Below are positions 47,525 to 58,419 of a stretch of 64,000 nt of DNA, piece after piece (positions within the stretch are counted from its first letter, which is position 1; each line of letters begins with the position of its first letter). The DNA lies in NCBI GenBank assembly GCA_030753015.1, contig JASMDC010000010.1:32099-96098 (forward strand). Reading direction: 5' to 3'. The notes beneath the pieces were generated by a model that worked only from the letters and a program-made list of their open reading frames with translations, was not told where the DNA came from and ran no database searches. This DNA comes from Candidatus Undinarchaeales archaeon (GTDB taxonomy: Archaea > SpSt-1190 > JASMDC01). The position numbers were made by a program, and so were the translations under genes.

Positions 47525-48661
47525 GTGCGCATCGACCGCCTCACCGTGCTCACCTTCGTGATCATACCTCTCGTCTTTGCACTCCTCCTCTTCCGAATCA
47601 TCACCTCCGGTGACGCCGAGGTCACCGCGCACACCGTAAATACCTTCCAGACCTTCCTCCTGCGGAACCTGAGCATCCTCTTCATCGGAGTGTTCCTGCT
47701 CCTCCTGCTCCTCCTGCTCGAGGACCGTCTCGAGTACGGCGTCATCATGACGCTCCACCGGTTCCATCTCATCCCCCGTGTGGTGCCTCCAGAGGCATAC
47801 ACGGCCATCCGCGACGAAGCGCTCGACCGCATCGAGGCCACACGCGTGCTCTCCCACCACCTCCGCCTCTCTGCGCTGGGACCCACGGACCATCCGCTCC
47901 GGGCGCTGGAGTTCTGGCTGGCACGCCTTTTCTCCCATGATCCCTTCATCAAGATCCCCGAGCGGTTCGTCGAGGTGTCCGAGCATTTCCGGCTACTGGA
48001 GGAGGACGAGGTCAACGACTGGGAGCTGCGGGAGACCTACGCGGACATCTCGCTGTCGGTGCTGGGCCGCACCCTCTCCATCATGGGACGTCAGCTGGCC
48101 GCGGACGTGGCTTACGAGGGCATGATGTTAGCCATCATCCTGGGGGCGCTGTTCATGGGCTACTCCGTCCTGGTGAACGAACCGCTCTTCTGCTTGGGCT
48201 GCACAGAGGCCGAGGCCCAAGCGGCCGCTGCTCTCAATCTGGGCGGACTGGTCCCCATTCTCAACGTCGGCATCCTCATGCTCATCATGGGGCTCGTCTA
48301 CCAGTTCTACGCCATCGTCAACGGTGTGGAGATCCCCCTGCTCCGGCTGCGGATCCTGGACGCGTTCCACGACCATGCCGAGGTGCTGGCCGAGGTGGAA
48401 CGCCGTATAGTGGAGGGCGAGGCCCATGGCGAGCGTGGCTGGGTGCTGCGCGAGTACCTCAAGCTCGCATACCAGTTCCTGTACGAGGCGCTCATCGCCT
48501 GGTGGGAGGGGAAGGAGAACGAGGCAGCAGCGTACGCCTACGCATGCGACGAGCTGTGCAAGGAGATCAAGGCCATGCACGCGGACTTCGAGTCCCACGC
48601 CGAGCTGCTCACGCGCGAGCATCGTGTAGTGCACTACGGCGAGGAGAGCGAATGGTTCTAG
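47525..48661 (+). CDS. Hypothetical membrane protein (two pairs of TM helices)
   Basis: Four hydrophobic segments separated by soluble helical domains; start uncertain. Confidence 0.7.
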   Translation: MRIDRLTVLTFVIIPLVFALLLFRIITSGDAEVTAHTVNTFQTFLLRNLSILFIGVFLLLLLLLLEDRLEYGVIMTLHRFHLIPRVVPPEAYTAIRDEALDRIEATRVLSHHLRLSALGPTDHPLRALEFWLARLFSHDPFIKIPERFVEVSEHFRLLEEDEVNDWELRETYADISLSVLGRTLSIMGRQLAADVAYEGMMLAIILGALFMGYSVLVNEPLFCLGCTEAEAQAAAALNLGGLVPILNVGILMLIMGLVYQFYAIVNGVEIPLLRLRILDAFHDHAEVLAEVERRIVEGEAHGERGWVLREYLKLAYQFLYEALIAWWEGKENEAAAYAYACDELCKEIKAMHADFESHAELLTREHRVVHYGEESEWF

Positions 48662-49416
48662 CCCGGGGCGGCCTTGACCAACCGCTCATCGGGACGCGCG
48701 TCGTGCGTGCCCAGGAGCCTTTCCAGAATGCCCGGGGCGGAAGGATGCACGCCGTCCTGTGCAATGGTCGCCTCCACTGACCGTCCCTCGGCGATGCACG
48801 GATGCTTGCGCACGACCAGACGCCGACGGGCCGTCCCGACACCGCTGCAGCGCATGTCCACTATGCAACCGGACCGGTAGGCGAGTATATCACCGGCCAC
48901 GGGCTGGAGCTCTCCGGTCTCACGGTCCCGCCACACTTGGTTGGTGACGACCACGGGCACACCCGATTCGGCGGCCTGTCGCCTCAGTTGTGACATGTGC
49001 TCGGCCAGACGGGCGTTCGCCTCGTCCCGGTCGCGGAGGGCGAGCGTTCGGTAGTGGCATACCGCCGAGTCCACGACGATGAGGGCGAGGTCCCCGATGT
49101 CCCCGGCCTCCTGGACCATGGATCCCTGCTCGATGAGGTCACGAGGCCTGCCGATGAGGATGCGGTCGAGCTCACGCGTTCCTGCGCCCAACTGTGAGGC
49201 ACGCTCGTTAGAGAACGCCATGTCGGCGTCCACGTAGGCCACAGTGCCCTCTTTTGCTGCCGCGACGGCCAGCAGCGTGCACACGGCGGTCTTTCCCGAG
49301 CCTGACGGACCGCGGAGCTGGGTGATCGCACCACGCGGCAATCCTCCGAGGAGCGAGTCGATTACCGTGATGCCCGTGCTCCAGGGCGGGACTGACAATC
49401 GAGAGGCGGTGTCCAT
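48658..49416 (-). CDS. radB: DNA repair protein RadB
   Basis: STG..DSLLGG, GPSGSGKT, LIVVDS, VVVTNQV and KHP motifs; no RadA N-terminal domain. Confidence 0.85.
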   Translation of the reverse strand: MDTASRLSVPPWSTGITVIDSLLGGLPRGAITQLRGPSGSGKTAVCTLLAVAAAKEGTVAYVDADMAFSNERASQLGAGTRELDRILIGRPRDLIEQGSMVQEAGDIGDLALIVVDSAVCHYRTLALRDRDEANARLAEHMSQLRRQAAESGVPVVVTNQVWRDRETGELQPVAGDILAYRSGCIVDMRCSGVGTARRRLVVRKHPCIAEGRSVEATIAQDGVHPSAPGILERLLGTHDARPDERLVKAAPG

Positions 49417-49472
49417 GGACAGTACTAATCGAACTTACGATAAGACCGTTTGCCCCTCCCCGCAGGGGGGAA

Positions 49473-49497
49473 GCGGCCCCTGGGTGACAGGGGCCGC
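49473..49497. terminator. Perfect 10-bp stem hairpin
   Basis: GCGGCCCCTG-GGTGA-CAGGGGCCGC downstream of the small minus-strand ORF; the function is inferred. Confidence 0.4.
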
Positions 49498-49522
49498 GAA
49501 CGAGATGGTGTTACAGGACAGC

Positions 49523-49678
49523 TCAGCGAAGGACCGCGTCGAAGGTCCTCATCTGGCGGAGCCGCCGCTCCATCACGAAGGCATCGTCGCGGATGTCCTC
49601 GTTGAGGGATATCATCTTGTCGAAAAGGCGCTGCTTCTGGTCCAGGAGCATGATGAGCTCTTCAAGGTGTTCGGACAT
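49523..49678 (-). CDS. Small coiled-coil protein
   Basis: MSEHLEELIMLLDQKQRLFDKM...; GGTGA RBS and TTTTATATA box upstream. Confidence 0.55.
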   Translation of the reverse strand: MSEHLEELIMLLDQKQRLFDKMISLNEDIRDDAFVMERRLRQMRTFDAVLR

Positions 49679-49742
49679 GTGCATCACCCGGGGGGGTAAA
49701 ATGAAGAAGGTCCCTTCATCGTATATAAAACTCCGGCCGCGC

Positions 49743-49889
49743 TCAGAACGCCTTCTTGATCTTGGCGGTGCCGTCGTCCTCCTCCTTGGGCTTGGCTCCG
49801 AACACGAAGAACTTCTTCTTCTCCTTCTCGTCCTCCTCCGGAACCCGCGATCGCAGGCGACGGGCGATCTCACAGACTGGATCTAGCAT
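49743..49889 (-). CDS. Small charged protein (48 aa)
   Basis: MLDPVCEIARRLRSRVPEEDEKEKKKFFVFGAKPKEEDDGTAKIKKAF; host-like codons. Confidence 0.5.
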   Translation of the reverse strand: MLDPVCEIARRLRSRVPEEDEKEKKKFFVFGAKPKEEDDGTAKIKKAF

Positions 49890-49902
49890 GACGAAACGCT
49901 CC

Positions 49903-50319
49903 CTACGGGGGTATCATGTACTTGATCTTGGCACGGCCTGATGTGACATCGCCCTCGAAACCGATGAGGCTGTCGACCATGTTGGCAGGGCCGAAGACCG
50001 CACCGCACTCGGTGCACGAGTAGAAGTTCGTGCCGTCCTTGATGAAGAAGGGGAGTAGGTATCCCTTGTGGCATCTGCCGCACGGCGGGTACATGCATCC
50101 GCTGCCCTGGGGGACGGACGCCTGGGGCGGTGACGTGGCGGGGCTATCAGTACCGGCACGTCGAGAGGCCGCAGGGGGCGAACCGTTCCGCAAGGCGGTC
50201 TTAACGGCACCCTCGTCGAGCCCCTGATCGACCAGCTCCCGGAGGATACGCTCGTCGTCGTACCCTGCTCTGCGGTAGCGCTCCACGTATCGTTGCGCCC
50301 TGTCCTCGCCTTGCGCCAT
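49903..50319 (-). CDS. Zn-ribbon-containing hypothetical protein
   Basis: CGRC...CTECG motif after a short helical N-terminal domain. Confidence 0.65.
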   Translation of the reverse strand: MAQGEDRAQRYVERYRRAGYDDERILRELVDQGLDEGAVKTALRNGSPPAASRRAGTDSPATSPPQASVPQGSGCMYPPCGRCHKGYLLPFFIKDGTNFYSCTECGAVFGPANMVDSLIGFEGDVTSGRAKIKYMIPP

Positions 50320-50371
50320 GGCCGCATCGCCGTGCCGAAGACTTATATCCTTTAACGGCGCGAGGCCCGTC

Positions 50372-51004
50372 ATGGTCCTCCAGTCCGAGCTTCGGGATGA
50401 AGACATCCAGGTGATGAGCGTCGTGGCCGACCGGGCGCCCAACACGGTCGATCCCGCCCTTCTCCTCTCTTGCGTCGTGAGCAATGTCTCCGGCTGGGAC
50501 CTCTTCCTCCAGCGTTCCATCATCCGCCTCTCTGTCGGGGGTACCGTCCTGGGCTCGTACCAGTGGCATGGCGAGGGCTTCACCCTCAAGAAGAAGATCC
50601 CCTCCAACCACGTCGAGTTCGTGTATACCCTCACCCCGGCCCAGCGTGCCTTCCTGGAGCGTGTGCGCCAGAAGGAGGGCGGGATAGTCCTTGAGCTCTA
50701 CTTCCTCGTGTACATCAAGGAGATGGAAAGGCCCGTCCCCGCGAGCCTCCGGACCGAGGTGCAGGGGCTGCAATGGGACGATTGGAACCGCGCCTGGGGC
50801 GGGACCGGTGGCGACCTGGCCCAGCGGACCGAGGAACTAGAGCGTCAGGTGGAGCTCATCAAGAGCTTTATCACGGACACGGACAAGACGTTCAACGAGC
50901 TACTTACAGAGTTCAAGCGTTCCGAGCTGACCGAGAAAACGCTCGAGTCCATGCTCCGCTCCACGAAGGCGATCGAGGCATGGGTGGCGCGTCAGTCCCG
51001 CTGA
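50372..51004 (+). CDS. Hypothetical protein with C-terminal coiled coil
   Basis: Host-like codons; TTATAT box upstream. Confidence 0.65.
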   Translation: MVLQSELRDEDIQVMSVVADRAPNTVDPALLLSCVVSNVSGWDLFLQRSIIRLSVGGTVLGSYQWHGEGFTLKKKIPSNHVEFVYTLTPAQRAFLERVRQKEGGIVLELYFLVYIKEMERPVPASLRTEVQGLQWDDWNRAWGGTGGDLAQRTEELERQVELIKSFITDTDKTFNELLTEFKRSELTEKTLESMLRSTKAIEAWVARQSR

Positions 51005-51005
51005 A

Positions 51006-51443
51006 TCAGGCAAGCCGCCCGGACTTGATATCGTCCAGCACACCGGACACTATCACCTCGAGCTCGCGACAGCATGCATCATAATGGTCCTGTCCTCGGC
51101 CGATAGGGTCCTCGATGTAGAGCGGGAGCACGTTGCTCGACGGAAAGCGTTCCTCGCAGTGGATGAGAGCGTCGGGGGCGTGGACAACAACGACCTCGGG
51201 CGAGCCCTCGACATCGTGGATGCTCCGTGGTGCCCGTCCATCGATGACCTCCTCCCAGCCGGGATGGCATGTCGCCACGGCGCGCACGGCCTCGGGCGAG
51301 GTGTACGCCGCGGGATGTACCCCTGCCGCCGAGTCCACCTCGACATCCAGACCACGCTCACGTACCAGACCCGTCGCAAGGGCGTGGGACATCGGGCTCC
51401 GGCAGGCGTTGGCCCAGCATACGAAGAGCACGCGCAAGGTCAT
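51006..51443 (-). CDS. Low-molecular-weight protein-tyrosine phosphatase / ArsC-family protein
   Basis: VLFVCWANACRS, VDSAAG and IEDP motifs. Confidence 0.85.
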   Translation of the reverse strand: MTLRVLFVCWANACRSPMSHALATGLVRERGLDVEVDSAAGVHPAAYTSPEAVRAVATCHPGWEEVIDGRAPRSIHDVEGSPEVVVVHAPDALIHCEERFPSSNVLPLYIEDPIGRGQDHYDACCRELEVIVSGVLDDIKSGRLA

Positions 51444-51478
51444 GAAGCTACACGGCACCCCAAGATTCTTATAGTTCA

Positions 51479-52432
51479 ATGGCCCGTGCTCCTGCCGTGA
51501 TCACGTCCGTCGTGGGTAGCTTCCCGGTCGAGGAAGGGCTCGACCGCACCGAGGCGCTGGCAGGGTTCTATGCAGGACGCCCCGTGGACCCCTTCGAGGG
51601 TGCCCTCCGCGAAGCCGTGGAGAGCCAGGTGGCCGCAGGTATCGACTGGGTCTCTGATGGCCAGGTCCGCGCCGACATGATCACCCTCTTCTCCGCCCAC
51701 ATCCCCGGGATGAAGGTGGCCGACGGGAGGACCACGGTGGTGGGCGCCATTGAACCACCCGCCCGGTCGATCACGCGCGGGGACATGCTCATGGCCAAGA
51801 GGTTCGCCGGGGACCAGGCCCGGGTCAAGGGCATCCTGACAGGACCGTCCACGATCGCCCTCTCCTGTGCTGTGGCCGACGGCTACCGGGACGAGCGGGA
51901 CCTTCAGCTCGTGCACGATATCGCCCGGGTGCTCCGTCGTGAGGCCGAGGAGCTGATCGCCAACGGTGCTGTCGCCGTCCAGATCGACGAGCCTTTCTTC
52001 TCCACCGGCGTGGACGAGCTCACCGCACGCCTGGCCGCGGTCGATTCGATCGCCAAGGGGCTTGCGGTGCCCGTTGCCATGCACGTGTGCGGGGACGTCA
52101 GCGACCTCATGGGCGATTTCCTCGCGCTCGAGCACGTCAATATCCTCGACCACGAGTTCGCTGCCTCGCCGCAGGTGCTGGATGCCATTAGCCGGGACGA
52201 TCTCGAAGGCTCGGGGAAGCGTGTCGGATACGGGTGCATCCGCTCGGACGATGCTACCGTGGAGGATGTGCCCACCATCGTCACGCGCATCCGGGCAGCG
52301 GTCTCCAAGCTCGGCGCAGAGAACCTCATCATCGATCCCGATTGCGGGCTGCGTGTGTTCCCTCGCGAAGTGGCCAGGGCGAAGCTCGAGAACATGGTGA
52401 AGGCCACCCGAGAGGTCGGTGGTAGTGAATGA
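51479..52432 (+). CDS. metE: Single-domain (core) cobalamin-independent-type methionine synthase
   Basis: VVGSFP, SDGQ, TGPSTI, QIDEP, HVC, PDCGLR motifs; only 317 aa. Confidence 0.88.
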   Translation: MARAPAVITSVVGSFPVEEGLDRTEALAGFYAGRPVDPFEGALREAVESQVAAGIDWVSDGQVRADMITLFSAHIPGMKVADGRTTVVGAIEPPARSITRGDMLMAKRFAGDQARVKGILTGPSTIALSCAVADGYRDERDLQLVHDIARVLRREAEELIANGAVAVQIDEPFFSTGVDELTARLAAVDSIAKGLAVPVAMHVCGDVSDLMGDFLALEHVNILDHEFAASPQVLDAISRDDLEGSGKRVGYGCIRSDDATVEDVPTIVTRIRAAVSKLGAENLIIDPDCGLRVFPREVARAKLENMVKATREVGGSE

Positions 52433-52557
52433 GCAACGACGAACGCCCCTGGTCCGAGCGCAAGACCGGGTGGTGGGGCGGATTCTGGCTGCGCCAGGCA
52501 CTTCTCCCAGGGTGGCTGCGGGTCCTCTTGGATCAGTGGCGCTTCCGGGACAAGTAA
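52429..52557 (+). CDS. Possible 42-aa Trp-rich microprotein
   Basis: ATGA overlap with the metE stop; MSNDERPWSERKTGWWGGFWLRQALLPGWLRVLLDQWRFRDK. Confidence 0.45.
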   Translation: MSNDERPWSERKTGWWGGFWLRQALLPGWLRVLLDQWRFRDK

Positions 52558-52579
52558 TCCACCGTTCGTCCGCTCCCGG

Positions 52580-55339
52580 TTACTTCCCGTAGGACGGCCC
52601 GATGTCAACACGCCGGAGCAGGTTCGCGTTGGTGACCACCGTGATGGAGCTTGTGGCCATGGCCACCTCGGCCAGTGCGGGGTGCATCAGTCCCCCGATG
52701 GCCAGAGGGATCATCACCACGTTGTAGAAGAACGCCCAGAAGAGGTTCTGTCGGATCTTGGTGAACGTGGCCCTGCTGAGCTTGACGGCCGTGACAACGC
52801 CGGAGAGGTCTCCACGCACCAGCGTCACGTCCGACGCCTCGATGGCAATGTCCGTCCCGGTCCCGATGGCGATCCCGACGTTGGCCTGGGTGAGCGCGGG
52901 GGCGTCATTGATCCCATCCCCCACCATTGCCACCTGGCCGACCTCCTCCTGCAGCCGTCGTATCTCGTCCACCTTCCCGTCGGGCAGCACCTCTGAGAGC
53001 ACCCTGCTGATGCCCACCTTCCGAGCGATGGCGGCGGCGGTGCGCTTGTTGTCGCCCGTGATCATCGCTGTCTCGAGCCCGAGCTCCTCGAGCTCGCGGA
53101 TGGCATTGATGGAGTCCTCCTTCAGGGTGTCGGCCACGGCCACTACCCCTTTGAGCTTCCCCTCGTCGGCCACGAGCATGGCGGTCCTCCCCTCGCCCTC
53201 CAGCCGCGCCATCTCCTCCTCGAGCGGGTTCGGATCGATGCCGTTCTCGCGCATCAGGAGCCTGCTCCCCACGAGCACCCGGCGGCCCTCCAGGGTCGCC
53301 TGCACCCCTTTCCCGCGGATGGCCGTGAAGTCGGCAGGCTGTGCGAGCTCAAGCTCCCTGTCCTCGGCACCGGTGACGACGGACCTGCCTAGCGGGTGCT
53401 CACTGCCCTGCTCGACGGATGCGGACAGCCTCAGCACCTCGTCCTCGGACACCTGGTCATCTACCGGGACGACATCGGTCAGCTCCGGCCTGCCCTTCGT
53501 GATGGTGCCTGTCTTGTCGAACACGACGGTGTGCACGTCCTTGAGGGTCTGGATCGCTTCGCCCTGGCGGATGAGGACGCCGTTCTCGGCGCCGATCCCT
53601 GTACCGACCATCAGAACAGTTGGCGTCGCCAATCCCAATGCGCATGGGCAGGCGATGACAAGGACGGACACAGTAGCGATGATGGCCAGGGTCGTGGTCT
53701 CCAGCTCAGGATTCACCCACGGGAGGAACTCCTGTGCTTGGACGAGCAGGGGCCTGAAGAGGTTGGGGACGGTGAGCCATGCGACGAAAGTAAGGACGGC
53801 CATCACGATCACGATGGGCACGAACACTCCCGTGACCCTGTCCGCGAACTCCTGGATGGGTACCTTGGAGCCCTGGGCCTCCTCGACCATCCTGATCACC
53901 TGGGATAGGAACGTGTCACGTCCGATCTTCGTGGCCCTGACCTTGAGGAGTCCCTCCTGGTTGACCGTCGCACCGATCAACTCGCTGCCCTCCCGCTTGT
54001 TCACGGGCATGGATTCGCCCGTGGCCATGGACTCGTCCACGGCGCTCTCGCCTTCGATGACGATGCCGTCGGTGGGGATCTTCTCTCCCGGTCGCACCAC
54101 CATGACGTCGCCCACGGACACCTGCTCCATGGGGACCTCTACCTCCTTACCGTCCACGAGCACGCGGGCGGTCTTTGCACCCAGCTCCAGAAGCTTGCGG
54201 ATGGCCTGGGATGCGCGCCCCTTGGCAGAGGTCTCGATGTACCGGCCCGTGAGGTGGATGGCCATGATCATGGCCGACACGCCCGCATAGCTTGCCACGG
54301 GGATGAAGTACTTGATGGGACCTGTGATGAACGAGGCTCCCGTGCCCATCGCGATGAGGACGTCCATGTTGGCGCTCCCGTGGATCACCGAGGCGAATGC
54401 CGAGCGGTATGTGTCCCTACCCACCCAGAAGAGGACCGGGATGGCCAGGACGATCATCCCCAGCTCGAACACAGCCATGGACGGCCAGGCGATCCCCCAC
54501 ACCATCTCGGGGACCATCCAGGCCATTATGGGGCCGGTGAAGGCCCAGGCGATCACCATCTTGCGGTAGGCGTCGGCCATCTTCCGCTCCTCGCGCTCGA
54601 CAGCGTCGTCCTTCTGTGTGGCCTCGTCCGCAACACTCAGGGCCTCGTAGCCCGCGTGGGAGATGGCCTTGGCGAAATCGGCATACCCCGTGGTCGAGGA
54701 ATCGTACGTTATGGTCGCCTTCTCGGATGCAAGGTTGACGTTGGCCTCGCTGACACCGTCCACCTTGTTCAATGACTTCTCGATGGCAGCTGAGCAGGCG
54801 GCGCATGTCATGCCTCCGACGTTGACGATGATCTTTGATTCATTATGCTCGACGCCGTATCCGGTGTCGGTGACCGCCTCCTCCAGGTCCTCCACCGTGA
54901 CAACGTCAGGATCATACTCCACTGTGGCCTTCTCGGTCGCGATATTGACGCTGGCAATGCGGACCCCGTCGACCTTGTTCAGCGCCTTCTCCACGGCGGA
55001 AGAGCAGGACGCGCACGTCATGCCCGTGATGGGCAGGATGACCTTCAGCCCTTCGCCTTCACTCTCCTTCTTTTCCTCGGGCTCAGGTCGTGGCTCCGGC
55101 TCGACCTTTCGATCTCCCTTGACCGTGTATCCGGCCTCCTCAACGGTCTCGCGCATTGTATCGAGCGATGCATTTGCAGGATCGTACTCCACGGTGGCCT
55201 GCTGTTTCTCAAGGTCGACCTCGACCTCGCCCACGCCCTCCAGCTCCGAGAGCGCTTTGTGGACGCGCTTCTGGCAGTGCTCGCAGGTCATGCCCTCGAT
55301 ATCGAGTGCAGTACGTTCCATGTCGGTCCCCTCTTCCAT
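52580..55339 (-). CDS. copA: Cu(I)-translocating P1B-ATPase with three HMA domains
   Basis: Three GMTCxxC motifs, [26 protein letters not shown] and YN motifs. Confidence 0.95.
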   Translation of the reverse strand: MEEGTDMERTALDIEGMTCEHCQKRVHKALSELEGVGEVEVDLEKQQATVEYDPANASLDTMRETVEEAGYTVKGDRKVEPEPRPEPEEKKESEGEGLKVILPITGMTCASCSSAVEKALNKVDGVRIASVNIATEKATVEYDPDVVTVEDLEEAVTDTGYGVEHNESKIIVNVGGMTCAACSAAIEKSLNKVDGVSEANVNLASEKATITYDSSTTGYADFAKAISHAGYEALSVADEATQKDDAVEREERKMADAYRKMVIAWAFTGPIMAWMVPEMVWGIAWPSMAVFELGMIVLAIPVLFWVGRDTYRSAFASVIHGSANMDVLIAMGTGASFITGPIKYFIPVASYAGVSAMIMAIHLTGRYIETSAKGRASQAIRKLLELGAKTARVLVDGKEVEVPMEQVSVGDVMVVRPGEKIPTDGIVIEGESAVDESMATGESMPVNKREGSELIGATVNQEGLLKVRATKIGRDTFLSQVIRMVEEAQGSKVPIQEFADRVTGVFVPIVIVMAVLTFVAWLTVPNLFRPLLVQAQEFLPWVNPELETTTLAIIATVSVLVIACPCALGLATPTVLMVGTGIGAENGVLIRQGEAIQTLKDVHTVVFDKTGTITKGRPELTDVVPVDDQVSEDEVLRLSASVEQGSEHPLGRSVVTGAEDRELELAQPADFTAIRGKGVQATLEGRRVLVGSRLLMRENGIDPNPLEEEMARLEGEGRTAMLVADEGKLKGVVAVADTLKEDSINAIRELEELGLETAMITGDNKRTAAAIARKVGISRVLSEVLPDGKVDEIRRLQEEVGQVAMVGDGINDAPALTQANVGIAIGTGTDIAIEASDVTLVRGDLSGVVTAVKLSRATFTKIRQNLFWAFFYNVVMIPLAIGGLMHPALAEVAMATSSITVVTNANLLRRVDIGPSYGK

Positions 55340-55447
55340 GCTCTACTGATTTTATATTCTATTGGCATTTGGCCGGAGGTTCGCTCCACCCCAAGACCAG
55401 ATATATAACCGGAACCCCGGCGCTGCCCTCACTGGAAGGAGATACCC

Positions 55448-56176
55448 ATGGAGATAGATTTCTACGAAGTACCCGGCACGGGGAACTATGTCTGCACGAG
55501 CGAGAGGGTCCACACGACCGGCCTCGGACGCTTCGTCGGCATTAACCAGACCTATGACCTGTTCACCAAACTCAACGACGATATAGCGGGCGAGGAAGGA
55601 TACGGCATCACCCTCCACACGTCCGATGCCCAGACCGAGAGCTTCGAGAGCTACAAGGAGGATCTCGCATCACTGCAGTCGACCTACGAGGGCAAGCGGA
55701 ACTCCGACGGTTTCATCGCTGGGATGTTCGGTCTCCTCCAGGCATCGGGAGGTGCCACTGGTATCGGCGTTGCGATCACGGCGTGGATGGGAACCAGCGC
55801 CTACTTCGAGCATCAGACAGCGAGCAAGATCAAGTCGTTCAAGGAGCACGTGCCCGAGACGAAGGTCGAGACCAATGATGCCCTGGCCGAGCTGCGCTCG
55901 CTCTACACCGAGCTGGACATCGAGGGCAAGCGCGACGAGATAAACGACCGGTTCACCGAGCTGAGCGGCTGGCGCAAGCTCTTCCCCGACAAGGAGTTCA
56001 AGGAGTTCCAGGCACAGAAGCTCGACGAGATCACCGCAGCCTACTCGCAGCTCACGGATCGCTCCTTCGAGCTGGCCCGAGAGACGGGCAACGACGACCT
56101 CAAGCTCGTTGCCTCCACCTATAGCAACCTCGCTAAGGGCCATTCGATCCCGCTCATCTTCGGATTCGCCGAGTGA
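55448..56176 (+). CDS. Hypothetical protein with central Gly-rich hydrophobic hairpin
   Basis: Own TATA-like box and GGAG RBS; paralog of the next gene. Confidence 0.75.
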   Translation: MEIDFYEVPGTGNYVCTSERVHTTGLGRFVGINQTYDLFTKLNDDIAGEEGYGITLHTSDAQTESFESYKEDLASLQSTYEGKRNSDGFIAGMFGLLQASGGATGIGVAITAWMGTSAYFEHQTASKIKSFKEHVPETKVETNDALAELRSLYTELDIEGKRDEINDRFTELSGWRKLFPDKEFKEFQAQKLDEITAAYSQLTDRSFELARETGNDDLKLVASTYSNLAKGHSIPLIFGFAE

Positions 56177-56247
56177 GCGGGGGATTGACCCGCTGGAGAA
56201 AAGTATAAATAGCGGCAAGGGGCGCAGAGGCGGTCTGGTAGGAAACT

Positions 56248-56985
56248 ATGGACATCGAGTTCTATGAGGTCCCGGGAACGAATCGGTACGTATGTACCAC
56301 CGAGACCGCGAGCACCTCGTTCCTCGAACGGCTGGTGGGCAAGAACGACACCTACGTCCTGCTCGACAAGCTCAACGACGCCATCGACGACGCGGATGAC
56401 TATCATGTCGGTGTACACACCGCGGGCGGAACGTATGTGGCCAACGAGCAGTTCAACGACGTCCTCGACGATTTTGCTAAGCAGCACGGCTTCAAGCGGA
56501 ACATGGACGCCCTCTTCACCGGCGTGTGGACGTACGCCGGGCTGGCGGGCGGACTGAGCCCCTTCTACCTCGGCCTGGCCGCATGGATGGCGGCCGATAC
56601 CTACTACCATCACGCGACCGCGAGCGAGGCCAAGGCGTTCAAGGAGAATCTGGACGACCACTACGGTGTCGAACGGGACGATGCCCTCCAGGAACTGCAC
56701 AATCTCGCCCACGAACTCGACGTCGCCGGCACCCGGCGAGAGCTTGTGCAGAAGCATGGCGAGCAGTCACTCTTCCGAAAGGTGCTGCCGAGCAAGGAGG
56801 TCAAGGCCTTCTACGATGAGAAGAACGCCGAGCTCTCGTCCAAGTTCACGACGTTGAAGGAGCGTGCCTACGAGCTCGCCGAGGAGCGAGGTGACCCGAA
56901 CCTGCGTGTCGTGGGCGACGTGTACACGCTCATGGCCGAGGACAAGCTCAAGGGCCCGGACTTCATCTTCGCGCTCCCCGAATAG
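56248..56985 (+). CDS. Hypothetical protein (tandem paralog)
   Basis: MDIEFYEVPGTNRYVCT versus MEIDFYEVPGTGNYVCT; same architecture. Confidence 0.75.
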   Translation: MDIEFYEVPGTNRYVCTTETASTSFLERLVGKNDTYVLLDKLNDAIDDADDYHVGVHTAGGTYVANEQFNDVLDDFAKQHGFKRNMDALFTGVWTYAGLAGGLSPFYLGLAAWMAADTYYHHATASEAKAFKENLDDHYGVERDDALQELHNLAHELDVAGTRRELVQKHGEQSLFRKVLPSKEVKAFYDEKNAELSSKFTTLKERAYELAEERGDPNLRVVGDVYTLMAEDKLKGPDFIFALPE

Positions 56986-57134
56986 GGTCCGTACGCCCGA
57001 TACGATCCGGCGTGAGCGTCAGCATTTTCATCGAGGAGCGGGTTTGTGTCGCCCCAGAGCCCATGTGGAGGCCGCTCGAGGCCGGGAGGGAGATAATAAA
57101 AAGACTATGATACTCGTGGTGGCAGGTGCATCAC

Positions 57135-58358
57135 ATGGTCGAGACGGTATTTGAGCTTCGCGGGCATATCATTGACTCTCTCATCCTTTCCCGGGTGTTC
57201 GGGGCTATCATGGACCTGGGCGGCGAGTTCGAGATCCTCGAGTTCAAGATAGGACGTTCCAAGACCGAGCACAGCTACACCCGGATGCGGCTGATAGCAG
57301 AGGACGACCACAAGCTCCATGCCATCATGGAGGAGCTCCAGAAGCTGGGCGCCACAGAGACCACCGTTAAGGATGCATCGATGGTCGAGGTGACGATGGC
57401 GGGTGTTGCTCCAGAGCACTTCTACTCCACGACCAATCACCAGACCTGGGTGCATCTGGGGGACGACTGGGTTCATGTCGAGGGCACCGAGATGGACTGC
57501 ATCATAGTCGTCGACGACGGGAAGGCGCGGACCGTACCCATGGGAAAGCTCCAGGTCGGTGACCGAGTGGTCGTCAGTTCCAATGGCATCAAGATCCACC
57601 TCCCGGAGCGGTCACGATCGGCGGATGTATTCGAGTTCATGTCGTCGATAGCCAGCTCCGAGAAGCCCACCGAGACATTGGTGGGGAAGGTGGCCCAGGC
57701 GATCCGGGACGTCAAGGACCGGGACCAGAAGCTGGTCGTTGTCGCAGGCCCTGCCGTAGTGCACACCGGTGGTCGCGAGGCACTTGCCGCTCTCGTGCGC
57801 GAGGGCTATGTGGACGTCCTCTTTGCGGGGAACGCGCTGGCGGTGCACGACATCGAGGTCGCTCTCATGGGAACGTCCCTGGGAGTGGACCTCAAGGGTG
57901 CATTCTGCCACGAGGGTGGACATCGTCATCACCTTATCGCCATCAACACGGTCCGCCGCGAAGGCTCGATCGCCGCTGCGGTGGAGCATGGGCTCGTCAA
58001 GGACGGCGTGATGCATGCTTGTATAACCTCCGGTGTCCCCTTCGTGCTCGCGGGCTCCATCAGGGACGACGGACCTCTCCCAGAGGTCATCACCGACGTA
58101 ATGGAGGCCCAGGACGCCATGCGCAAGGCGCTGGAAGGATGCGGGCTGGTGCTGATGCTCTCGACGCTCCTCCACAGCGTCGCCGTGGGCAACATGATCC
58201 CCTCCCACGTCAAGACCATCTGCGTGGACATCAACCCGGCTTCTGTCACCAAGCTTCTGGACCGGGGCAGTGCCCAGGCCATCGGCATCACCACGGACGT
58301 GGGCCTCTTCCTACCAAAGCTGAGGGACGAGCTCCTGGGAGCCAAGGGCGGGGCGTAG
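57135..58358 (+). CDS. TIGR00300-family (LOR/SDH-domain) ornithine cyclodeaminase-like protein
   Basis: LRGHIIDSLIL, FYSTTNH, FEFMSS..SSEKP, GNALAVHDIE, AGSIRDDGPLP, CVDINP motifs. Confidence 0.88.
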   Translation: MVETVFELRGHIIDSLILSRVFGAIMDLGGEFEILEFKIGRSKTEHSYTRMRLIAEDDHKLHAIMEELQKLGATETTVKDASMVEVTMAGVAPEHFYSTTNHQTWVHLGDDWVHVEGTEMDCIIVVDDGKARTVPMGKLQVGDRVVVSSNGIKIHLPERSRSADVFEFMSSIASSEKPTETLVGKVAQAIRDVKDRDQKLVVVAGPAVVHTGGREALAALVREGYVDVLFAGNALAVHDIEVALMGTSLGVDLKGAFCHEGGHRHHLIAINTVRREGSIAAAVEHGLVKDGVMHACITSGVPFVLAGSIRDDGPLPEVITDVMEAQDAMRKALEGCGLVLMLSTLLHSVAVGNMIPSHVKTICVDINPASVTKLLDRGSAQAIGITTDVGLFLPKLRDELLGAKGGA

Positions 58359-58419
58359 CTGGTCCGGGTGCCGACCTGCCCGGAATACACACTTAAGCTT
58401 CAGCGCCGTTCCTCGGAGC

